This document shows, one piece after another, positions 47,627-56,870 of a DNA stretch of 64,000 nucleotides. The notes beneath the pieces are model-generated. The model was not told where the DNA came from. It searched no databases and worked only from the letters and a program-made list of their open reading frames with translations. This DNA is from an uncultured delta proteobacterium (lineage in GTDB: Bacteria > Desulfobacterota > Desulfobacteria > Desulfobacterales > JAHEIW01): the NCBI GenBank assembly GCA_963706575.1, contig CAVPNL010000006.1, positions 416,001-480,000 of the forward strand. Direction: 5' to 3'. Each line of letters starts with the position of its first letter. The stretch's first letter is position 1. The position numbers and the translations under genes are program-made.

Positions 47627-50082
47627 TAACGGACCCACTTTATTCTTATCGTCGTTCCTTCCCCTATTGCCGAATCAATGCTAAAGCTGGCACCGGACAA
47701 CTCGGCCCGTTCCCGCATACTGGCCAGACCGAACCCCCTGCGAGATGTTTTTAAAGCCATGGCTTTGTCCAGATTAAATCCCCGCCCGTTATCCTGGATG
47801 CTCAGATTCAAATGGCTTTCTGTTTTTTTCAACTGCAGCTGAACAAAATTCGCCTGGCTGTGTTTGGCGACATTATTTAGAGCTTCCTGCATAATGCGGT
47901 AAATCGTTGTCTTCAGATGCGGAGAGACGTCATTTTCTTCAACGCCAATGGTGGTTTCGATCCGGATTCCGGCGTAAACATTTTGAAATTCCCGGCAAAA
48001 CCAGCGAATGGTTGCCAGAATTCCCAGATCGTCCAGAATAGAAGGCCGCAAATCTTTTACGATTCTGCGGACCTCTTCAATGGTTTTCTGAGTCAAGGGG
48101 ATGATGGCTTCCAGAGATCCCAGGTCAAAAGGATTGGCCGCAGCACGCTGTTCCAGCAGTGCGTTTTCCACGCTAAACTTAATGGCGCTTAAAGCCTGGC
48201 CGATACCGTCATGCAGCTCCCGGGCAATCCGTTTTCTTTCCTTTTCTTCTGCCGACAGAAGCTGATTGGACAGGACGCGCAATTCCTTATCTGATTTCCG
48301 CAGCGCCTCTTCCGCCCTGCGGCGTTTGCTGATATCGGCCACAATTCCTGAAATGGCCGGATGCCCTTTATACGTAATTTGTGACAGGCTTCTCATCACC
48401 CAGATAATGTCGCCGTTTTTTTTCAAGCCTTTGCTTTCATATTCAGCCGGCACTTTTTCGCCCTTGAGCCTTTTTTCTCTTAATTTTTTGACCAGCGGCC
48501 GGTCATCCGGGTGGACCAGGTCCAAGGAGTCCATGCCGAGTAATTCATCTTTGGCATAGCCATAGATGTCGGCAAACTTTTCATTTAGAAATTTAATTTT
48601 TCCTTCCTGAATAATGTAAACGCCGATCAATGCATCTTCAACCAGAGTGGCGTATTTTAGTTCGGATTCCCGTAGCGCCAGCTGGGCCAGCTCACATTCG
48701 TCAATCTGTCTTCGTAACTGAATATTCGTTTTCCCCAGTTCAGCGGTGCGCACATCTACCCGTTGTTCGAGCTCGTCGCGAGCCGCCTGGAGCTCTTTTT
48801 CGGCCTGCTTGCGTTCGCTGATGTCGCGAATAATGGCCGTAAAAAAAATACCCTCCTTGGTTTCCCAGTTTGCAAGGGACAGCTCCAGCGGAAATTCACT
48901 GGCGTCTTTTCTGAGCCCGACCAGCTCAAGGATGTTTCCGGTTATTTTGGGTTTTTTGCGTAAGGCCGCCTGTTTTAATCCCCGTTGATGGGTTTCTCGA
49001 AACCGTTCGGGCATAATCACTGCAACGGGTTGACCGATCACTTCGCCGGCCTTATAGCCGAACATCAATTCGGCCTTTTGATTCCAGAAAATAATCCTGC
49101 CGTTGCCGTCGACGGTGACGATGGCGTCAATGGCGGTTTCCACCACGGAGCGGAAGCGTTCTTCGCTGTGTTCCAGTGATTCCAGGGTGCGGCTATTTAA
49201 AAGGGCCACCGATGCAAACTCGCTGAAACCGGTAGCAATGCGGGCATCATGTTCGGTGAATCCACCGGGCTTGTTGGCCAGGCCAAGTAATCCGACGGCC
49301 CTGTCGTCGATGACCAGGGGCGCAAACAATACATTTTCGAGCACAACGTGCCCGCCGGGCAAAAAATCCACCCATTTGCTTTTAGAAAAGCGGTTGTCAA
49401 AAACGGTTTGACAGGAGCGGTAGGCTTTTTCACGTAAACCCCGTATCGGCATCGGAAGGGAGGGGTCCACCGTGCAGGATAGTCCGCCGGCGTCCAGATG
49501 CAACAGATCATTTTCACTGCCGTCCGGGGTGAGTAAAGCCACATAACCGGCTTTGGCGCCGATCAGATTCTTGCAGGAATTGAATATGGATTTGGCGGAA
49601 TCTTTAAATTCACGATATTGCAGAACGGCCTGGGAACTTTCAAGCAGGGCCGTTACCTCCTTGGCCTGCTGATGGGATTTGTCAAGTGCATTGCATAACG
49701 CATCTTCGGCTTGTTTGCGGTCGGTGATGTCGGTGATGGCGGTGTTAAATTGCCGGCCATTTAAACTGTCATCCGCCATAACCGCAATGCTTTCAAGTTG
49801 GGCCCAAAAAAGGGATTGGTTTGCTTTAAACACTTGCAAATCATAGGTTTCGCGGTTGCCGGATTCAAGAACTTTTTTACAGTGATGCAAAAAGCCGGCC
49901 TGAAAACCGTCAGCAATGAATTTTGTAAACTTTTGGTCTATTAAATCCGATCTGTCTGCTCCCAGAAGCCGGGCACCGGTGGGGTTAACTTCCAGGATGC
50001 GACCCTCCGGCCCCAAGGTAAAAAAGCCGATGGGAACGAATTCGAACATGTCCGCATAGCGTCTATTAAATCCAGCTTTCAT
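47626..50082 (-). CDS. Cytoplasmic PAS-GAF-PAS-PAS sensor histidine kinase (HisKA_3/NarX-type)
   Basis: PAS motifs (DITDRK, DISERK), EERKRIARELHDGIGQ-like H box, QEALNNVAKH, DNGRGF and GFGL. Confidence 0.92.
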   Translation of the reverse strand: MKAGFNRRYADMFEFVPIGFFTLGPEGRILEVNPTGARLLGADRSDLIDQKFTKFIADGFQAGFLHHCKKVLESGNRETYDLQVFKANQSLFWAQLESIAVMADDSLNGRQFNTAITDITDRKQAEDALCNALDKSHQQAKEVTALLESSQAVLQYREFKDSAKSIFNSCKNLIGAKAGYVALLTPDGSENDLLHLDAGGLSCTVDPSLPMPIRGLREKAYRSCQTVFDNRFSKSKWVDFLPGGHVVLENVLFAPLVIDDRAVGLLGLANKPGGFTEHDARIATGFSEFASVALLNSRTLESLEHSEERFRSVVETAIDAIVTVDGNGRIIFWNQKAELMFGYKAGEVIGQPVAVIMPERFRETHQRGLKQAALRKKPKITGNILELVGLRKDASEFPLELSLANWETKEGIFFTAIIRDISERKQAEKELQAARDELEQRVDVRTAELGKTNIQLRRQIDECELAQLALRESELKYATLVEDALIGVYIIQEGKIKFLNEKFADIYGYAKDELLGMDSLDLVHPDDRPLVKKLREKRLKGEKVPAEYESKGLKKNGDIIWVMRSLSQITYKGHPAISGIVADISKRRRAEEALRKSDKELRVLSNQLLSAEEKERKRIARELHDGIGQALSAIKFSVENALLEQRAAANPFDLGSLEAIIPLTQKTIEEVRRIVKDLRPSILDDLGILATIRWFCREFQNVYAGIRIETTIGVEENDVSPHLKTTIYRIMQEALNNVAKHSQANFVQLQLKKTESHLNLSIQDNGRGFNLDKAMALKTSRRGFGLASMRERAELSGASFSIDSAIGEGTTIRIKWVR

Positions 50083-50106
50083 GAATCCCCTCGAATGATT
50101 TTGGAT

Positions 50107-50406
50107 TAGAACCGATCTCTAAATTAACGGTTCATCTTCAAAGGCAAAAAAAAGTTCCCAAGGTGCTCTAAAGTTAGAAGTGCCTAAAATGCCTAAAATG
50201 AGCTAAAATGCCTAAAGTTGAGGAATTCTACCCGTCGAGAGCCTCAGGGTCGAACGATCATATTTATAATAAAAGATGGAACGCAGCGAGACCATAATTT
50301 TAGGCATTTTAGCTCATTTTTAATTTTAGCTCATTTGTTGTTAGCCTTTTTTATAGGTTTAAAACTGTAACATTGGGTGCTAAATGCATTTTTGAGATAG
50401 CTTCTA
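50107..50406. mobile_element. ~300-bp MITE-like composite repeat, copy B (core inverted relative to copy A)
   Basis: TIRs TAGAACCGATCTCTAAA and TTTTGAGATAGCTTCTA; the right end supplies the dinB stop codon. Confidence 0.8.
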
Positions 50407-51561
50407 GTGGTCCTTAAGGGTCGCTCTTCCGACGACATTTTCACCAAATTTTTTACTGATCGAATCAAGGGTGTTGTCTATTTTTTCCCAATTATCACTG
50501 GTTTCTTCATTGGCATCAAACAGGCCTATTTGCACCGATGCGGTCACCGATGAAAACCCTGAGGTTCCCACACCGATCAGCCGAATTTTTTTGGTGGTTT
50601 TGTAATCATCCATTAATCGGGCTGCGTGTTTGTAAATGGTTTTTGATGATTGGGTGGGGACGGCAATGGTTGTCCGCCGGGTAACCGTTTTGAAATCCGC
50701 ATCTTTTATTTTGATGGTAATGGTTTTGGCGCGCACCCCCGCCTGTCTTAACTGCCGGGCCACTTCCCCGGATTGGCTCAAGAGGTATCGTTTCAGCAGC
50801 TTGGCATCGCGTGTGTCTGCTGCCAGTGTGCGTTCGCTGCTGATGGATTTGTGAGGCGCATGCGGCGTTACCCGGGAATCGTCGCTGCCGGATGAAAGTG
50901 CACGCAGGCGTTTGCCGAATTTGCCCAGGTGTTTTACCAGCGATTTTTCCGACAGTCGTTGGACATCGCCCAGGGTTCGAATGCCCAATAGCTCCAGCTG
51001 ATGAAACATCTTTTTGCCGACGCCGGGGACTTTTTTTACGGGAAGCGAATCAATAAACGTTGCGACCTGATCCGGCAGGATCAATGTCAGCCCGTCGGGT
51101 TTTTGCATGTCGGAGGCAATCTTTGCCAGAAATTTGTTGGGCGCCACTCCCACTGAGCAGGTCAGGTGAACGCTTTCTTTAATTTTTCTTTTAATTTCCC
51201 AGGCGATTTCCCGGGGTTCTCCAAACAGGCGCTGGCATCCCGTGATATCCAGGTAGGCTTCATCGATAGACACGGGTTCCATCAGGGGGGAAAAATCCCT
51301 CAGGAGGGCCATCACTTTTTTCGACACTTCTTTATAGCGGCCCATTCGCGGGGGCACAAAACTGCCGTGGGGGCATTTCTGTCTGGCCTGATAGATCGGC
51401 ATGGCTGAATGGATGCCGAATTGCCTGGCCTCATAGCTGGCAGCCGAAACCACTCCGCGGTTGGAAGTCCCGCCGACAATGACGCATTTGTTCTTTAGCC
51501 GGGGATCATCGAGTTGCTCCACGGAGGCATAAAACGCATCCATGTCGATATGCAGAATCAT
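50404..51561 (-). CDS. dinB: DNA polymerase IV
   Basis: HIDMDAFYASVE, SYEARQFG, SIDEAYLD, AKIASD..KPDG and PGVG. Confidence 0.96.
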   Translation of the reverse strand: MILHIDMDAFYASVEQLDDPRLKNKCVIVGGTSNRGVVSAASYEARQFGIHSAMPIYQARQKCPHGSFVPPRMGRYKEVSKKVMALLRDFSPLMEPVSIDEAYLDITGCQRLFGEPREIAWEIKRKIKESVHLTCSVGVAPNKFLAKIASDMQKPDGLTLILPDQVATFIDSLPVKKVPGVGKKMFHQLELLGIRTLGDVQRLSEKSLVKHLGKFGKRLRALSSGSDDSRVTPHAPHKSISSERTLAADTRDAKLLKRYLLSQSGEVARQLRQAGVRAKTITIKIKDADFKTVTRRTTIAVPTQSSKTIYKHAARLMDDYKTTKKIRLIGVGTSGFSSVTASVQIGLFDANEETSDNWEKIDNTLDSISKKFGENVVGRATLKDH

Positions 51562-51785
51562 ACGATTTTAGATTTTGGATTGCGGATTTCAGATTGAAAA
51601 AGATTTACTGATTGTTCTTATCCCTTTGCCCTATTTTCAGCACCATCTGTTAACCAGCAACTCATACCAAGTTCCGGTGACCAGGGGAAATCGCTTGCAA
51701 TTTATTACAAAATTGTATAATTTTATCCGAACGTTGACAGATTCGTGATGTTAACTTAATAAATTGTTAACTAGAATGTTAAACC

Positions 51786-53310
51786 ATGAAACCCATTGAA
51801 GAAGTTACGCTGCTCTACGAAATCACCAATGCGCTAAACGAGCATCTAGATTTGAGAAAGTCTCTATATAAGGTGCTGGATATCCTGTCGAATTCGCTGA
51901 ATATGGTGCAGGGCACTATAACAATTTTGAATCCCCTGCGCAATGAGATTAATATCGAAGTGGCCCATGGCCTGACTCAAAGCACCATGAACCGGGTCAA
52001 ATACAAGCTTGGAGAAGGTATTACCGGAAAAGTGATCGAAACCGGCAAGGCGGTTTCGATTCCCAAAATCAGCGAGGAACCGCTCTTTTTGGATCGCACG
52101 GCGACACATAAGAAAAAACAGGGCAAAGAACGATCATTTATCTGTGTCCCGGTCAAAAAAGGCAAACAGGTCATCGGCGCCCTCAGTGTGGACCGACCCT
52201 TTGAAAAGGCCTATTCGCTCAAAAGCGGAGAGAAACTGCTTTCGGTTATCGCGGCGATGATCGCCAGTCATGTTATCAAGCTTGAAACCATTCGTCTGGA
52301 AAAAGAACGGTTGCGTGAGGAGAACCGGCGGCTGCAAAACGTGCTCAAAGACAAATACAGTATCGGCAATATTGTCGGCAACAGCAATAAAATGCGTGAG
52401 GTTTTCCAGATGGTCTCGCAGGTTTGCAAGAGCAATGCAACCGTTCTGATTCGGGGCGAAAGCGGGACCGGCAAAGAGCTGGTTGCCAACTCGATTCACT
52501 ACAGCAGCCATCGGGCAAAAAATCCCTTTGTTAAGGTCAATTGTGCCGCTTTGCCCGTCAATCTGATTGAAAGCGAACTGTTTGGCCATGAGAAAGGTGC
52601 CTTTCACCGGAGCCATCAAACAAAAAATCGGCAAATTTGAGCTGGCTCACAGGGGCACGATTTTTCTTGATGAAATCGGATCTCTGGGGTTGGATGTTCA
52701 GGCCAATCTGCTGAGGATACTTCAAGAAAAAGAATTTGAGCGGGTCGGGGGACACCGGACTCTCAAAACCGATGTGCGCATTATCGCCGCCACCAATAAA
52801 AACCTGGAGAAGGCTGTTGAGGACGAGTCTTTCAGGGGTGATCTCTACTATCGGCTGAATGTTTTTCCGATTTATCTGCCGCCGCTGCGCGAGCGGAAAA
52901 CCGATATTTTGCTGCTGGCGGACCATTTTCTCGAAAAATATGCCAAGGAAAATCACAAAAATATAAAAAGACTGTCGACACCGGCCATTGACATGCTCAT
53001 GGAATACCACTGGCCGGGAAATGTGAGAGAGCTTGAAAACTGCATTGAGCGTGCGGTGCTGCTTTGCGAGGAGGGCGTGATTCACAGCTACCACCTGCCG
53101 CCAACCCTGCAAACCGGAAAGGAATCGGGTACGGTGCCCGCGCTCTCACTGGAGAATGCCGTCGCCAGCCTTGAGAAAGAGATGATTATCGACGCTCTGA
53201 AAAACACCCGGGGCAACATCACCATGGCAGCCGAAATTTTAAAGACGACCGTGAGGAAATTTGCCTATAAAGCTCAAAAGTATGGCGTTGAGTACAAACA
53301 TTATCGTTAG
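51786..53310 (+). CDS. NifA-like GAF + sigma54 AAA+ + HTH activator, split by a +1 frameshift at ~52603 (pseudogene or sequencing error)
   Basis: GAF domain, [40 protein letters not shown] and [10 protein letters not shown] across ORFs 51786-52640 and 52567-53310. Confidence 0.88.
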
Positions 53311-53430
53311 AACCCATCACAATCCGCCTCCGGCGATCTAAGTGCTCGATCGCCAGAATGTTCGTTGCCGCCGGCCAAAATATACGGGTTGACTCTTCAC
53401 CGGTTAGGAAATGGATTTTCAATTCGTTTC

Positions 53431-53472
53431 GAAACAAAAAGCCCCGCTTTAACAAGTGGGGCTGTTTGTTTC
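53431..53472. terminator. Bidirectional terminator between the NifA-like gene and glnA
   Basis: GAAACAAAAAGCCCCGCTT..AAGTGGGGCTGTTTGTTTC. Confidence 0.75.
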
Positions 53473-53513
53473 AACTGGCAACCGGCTCAACCGCGCAGCG
53501 GGCCAACCGGATT

Positions 53514-54926
53514 TTAAATATCGTAATACAGATAAAACTCGTGGGGATGCGGCCGCAGTTTGATGTCGTTGATTTCATTTTCGGTTTTGTATTCGATCCA
53601 CATGTCGATGGCATCCTGGGTGAACACATCGCCTTTTAACAGGAATTCCTGATCGGCTTTTAAAGCCTCGAAGGCTTCATCTAAAGATCCGGGAGCCGAC
53701 GGAATTTCAGCCAATTCTTCCGGCGGAAGATTGTAAATGTCTTTGTCCAGCGGATCGCCCGGGTCGATTTTATTCTGGATACCGTCAATGACGGCCATCA
53801 GCATGGCTGAAAAGGCCAGGTACCCGTTGCAGGACGGATCCGGGGTTCGGAACTCGATGCGTTTGGCTTTCGGTGAAGTTGAATACATCGGCAGGCGGAC
53901 CGCGGCACTGCGGTTGCGGCTGGAATAGGCCAGATTGACCGGGGCCTCGAAACCCGGCACCAGGCGTTTGTATGAGTTGGTGGTCGGGTTGGTAAAGGCG
54001 GTCAACGCGCGGCAGTGCTTCAGGATGCCGCCGATGCCGTAAAGCGCTTCCTGGGATATTCCGGCATATTTGTCACCGGCAAACAGCGGCTGGTCTTCTT
54101 TCCAGATGCTGATGTGGGTATGCATACCGGTGCCGTTATCCTCAAACAGCGGTTTGGGCATGAAGGTGACGGTATGATTGTGGCGATAGGCCACATTTTT
54201 AAGCACATATTTAAACCACATGAGCTGATCGGACATCTGCAGCAGGGGCTTGAAGCGCATATCGATTTCGGCCTGTCCGGCGGTGGCCACTTCATGATGC
54301 TGGGCCTCGATTTCGATCCCCAGGTTTTCCAGGGTCAGAACCATTTCGGTGCGCAGATCCTGGAATTTGTCCATGGGTGGAACCGGAAAATAGCCTTCTT
54401 TGTGACGCGGTTTGTAGCCCAGGTTGGGGCCTTCGTCCCGTCCGGTGTTCCAGTTGCCTTCGATGGAATCGATCTCATAAAAGGCAGAGAAGCGGGTGGA
54501 TTCAAACCGGATATCATCAAAGATAAAAAATTCGGCTTCCGGCCCGAAATAGGCCACATCACCGATACCGCTGCTTTTTAAATACGCCTCTGCCTTTTGT
54601 GCTATATTTCGCGGATCGCGGGTATAGGCTTCGCGGGTGACCGGATCAACGATGTTGCAGATCAACACCAGGGTCGGGGCTTCATAAAACGGGTCCATTT
54701 TTGCGGTGGCTGCATCGGGAACCACCAGCATGTCACTGGCATGAATCGGCTGCCAGCCGCGAATGCTTGAGCCGTCAAAGCCGAAGCCGTCTTCAAAACT
54801 GGATTCTTCCAGTTCGCTGATCGGAACCGTAAAATGCTGCCATAATCCCGGAAAATCCATAAACCGCAGATCGACAACGACTGCGCCGTTCTCCTTGGCC
54901 ATGTCTAATACTTTTTTGGGTGTCAT
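53514..54926 (-). CDS. glnA: Glutamine synthetase type I
   Basis: [43 protein letters not shown] and adenylylation region DIYNL. Confidence 0.97.
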   Translation of the reverse strand: MTPKKVLDMAKENGAVVVDLRFMDFPGLWQHFTVPISELEESSFEDGFGFDGSSIRGWQPIHASDMLVVPDAATAKMDPFYEAPTLVLICNIVDPVTREAYTRDPRNIAQKAEAYLKSSGIGDVAYFGPEAEFFIFDDIRFESTRFSAFYEIDSIEGNWNTGRDEGPNLGYKPRHKEGYFPVPPMDKFQDLRTEMVLTLENLGIEIEAQHHEVATAGQAEIDMRFKPLLQMSDQLMWFKYVLKNVAYRHNHTVTFMPKPLFEDNGTGMHTHISIWKEDQPLFAGDKYAGISQEALYGIGGILKHCRALTAFTNPTTNSYKRLVPGFEAPVNLAYSSRNRSAAVRLPMYSTSPKAKRIEFRTPDPSCNGYLAFSAMLMAVIDGIQNKIDPGDPLDKDIYNLPPEELAEIPSAPGSLDEAFEALKADQEFLLKGDVFTQDAIDMWIEYKTENEINDIKLRPHPHEFYLYYDI

Positions 54927-55098
54927 CAGATAGTTCCTCCTTTATGAAATTATTATTTAAATCTTAATGTAGATTTATTTGCTTAAAATTCGGCCAATCG
55001 GCAATGCGATGAAAAAACAAAGCCTTTATTTTACCGCACCCCGGCTCACCGTTTCTCTGTCTCTTCTGTTTTTTACCCTATGCTCCATGCCCCATGCG

Positions 55099-55476
<378 letters not shown>

Positions 55477-55502
55477 TCACAGACTAATGGTGATAATGAT
55501 TA

Positions 55503-56798
55503 TTAAATTTCGAAAGCTCTTTCTCCGTGGATGGAGCTGTCAAGTCCAGCGATCTCATTTTCTTGGGTGACTCTCAGGCCGCCGGTGATTAATTTGGTGA
55601 TATAAACAACGATCAATGTGCCGATAGCACTGAACACGGCGGTGCCGACAATGGAAACAATCTGGATCCAGAGTTGCTCGGGGTTGCCATAAAACAAGCC
55701 TTTACCGGCTTGATTGACAGCCGGATTGGCAAACAATCCGGTGGCCAGCGCACCCCAGATCCCGCATATTCCATGAACGCCAAAAGCATCCAGAGAGTCG
55801 TCATAACCCAGCTTATGTTTAACCTTTGCCACAAAGTAAAAGCCCAGCACTCCGGCAACCAGTCCGATTATCATTGCGGCCGGTAAATTGACGAAGCCGG
55901 CAGCCGGCGTAATCGCCACCAGTCCGGTGACGATACCGGAAGCCAGGCCCAGCACCGTCGGTTTTTTGTCCACCAGCCATTCGGCGACCATCCAGGCCAG
56001 GGCACCCATTGCCGCCGAGGTGTTGGTAACCAAGAAAGCCGAACCGGCGACACCATCGGCGGCCAGCTGACTGCCGGCATTAAAGCCGAACCATCCAAAC
56101 CATAAAAACGCTGCGCCCAATGCGGTGAACGCGATGCTGGACGGAAACATGGCTTCCTTACCGTAACCGATTCGTTTTCCAAGCACCAGTGCCAGAACCA
56201 GACCGGCCACACCGGCGTTAATGTGAACGACCGTTCCGCCGGCAAAATCCAGAGCGCCCATTTTGCCCATCCATCCGCCTCCCCATGCCCAGTGAGCGAT
56301 AGGGCAGTAAATGAATGTGACCCATAAAATCGTAAAGACAATCCATGACGAAAATTTCATGCGGTCAACCGCCGCGCCCAGAACCAGGGCGACTGTGATC
56401 CCGGCAAAGGTCATTTGAAAAAGGGCGAACACATAAGTTGGAATGCTTCCCGAAAGACTGTCTACCCCGATGCCGGCTAAAAACATATTTTCCAGACCGC
56501 CAAATATGCCGGCTTTGTCCGGTCCAAATGCAATACTGTATCCCCACATCATCCATATGACACTGGCCAGGCAATAGGCGACAACGGTCATGGCAAAGGT
56601 GTTTAACAGGTTTTTATACCTGGACATGCCACCATAAAACAAGGCCAAACCGGCTGGGGTCATCATCATGACCAGAGCGGTTGAGACGATCATCCAGGCG
56701 GTGTCGCCTGAATTTAAGCCATCCGCAGCAACAGCCGAAGACAAGGGAATGACGAGTAGAAATACGGCCGTCAACAGACATTTTGATTTCATTTTCAA
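55503..56798 (-). CDS. amtB: Ammonium transporter
   Basis: GDTAW, GLALFYGG, FQMTFA, DFAGGTVVH, WFGWFGFN and DDSLDAFGVHG. Confidence 0.96.
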   Translation of the reverse strand: MKMKSKCLLTAVFLLVIPLSSAVAADGLNSGDTAWMIVSTALVMMMTPAGLALFYGGMSRYKNLLNTFAMTVVAYCLASVIWMMWGYSIAFGPDKAGIFGGLENMFLAGIGVDSLSGSIPTYVFALFQMTFAGITVALVLGAAVDRMKFSSWIVFTILWVTFIYCPIAHWAWGGGWMGKMGALDFAGGTVVHINAGVAGLVLALVLGKRIGYGKEAMFPSSIAFTALGAAFLWFGWFGFNAGSQLAADGVAGSAFLVTNTSAAMGALAWMVAEWLVDKKPTVLGLASGIVTGLVAITPAAGFVNLPAAMIIGLVAGVLGFYFVAKVKHKLGYDDSLDAFGVHGICGIWGALATGLFANPAVNQAGKGLFYGNPEQLWIQIVSIVGTAVFSAIGTLIVVYITKLITGGLRVTQENEIAGLDSSIHGERAFEI

Positions 56799-56870
56799 GA
56801 TTGTTCCTCCTGTTAAGTTATTTTGTCACAATTTAAATGCTGTTGGTTTTATTGGCGGCCAACGGGTCGG

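Noticed and set aside
51656..51670. Sigma54 promoter upstream of dinB (TTGGTATGAGTTGCT)
   Set aside because: The GG-to-GC spacing is 8 nt, not the required 10
52595..52640. Programmed ribosomal frameshift in the NifA-like gene
   Set aside because: There is no slippery heptamer or stimulatory structure at the break, and I know of no such recoding in this family
53311..53430. Possible small RNA between the activator gene and the glnA terminator
   Set aside because: Only a short hairpin (GGCGATC..GATCGCC) with no promoter or family signature
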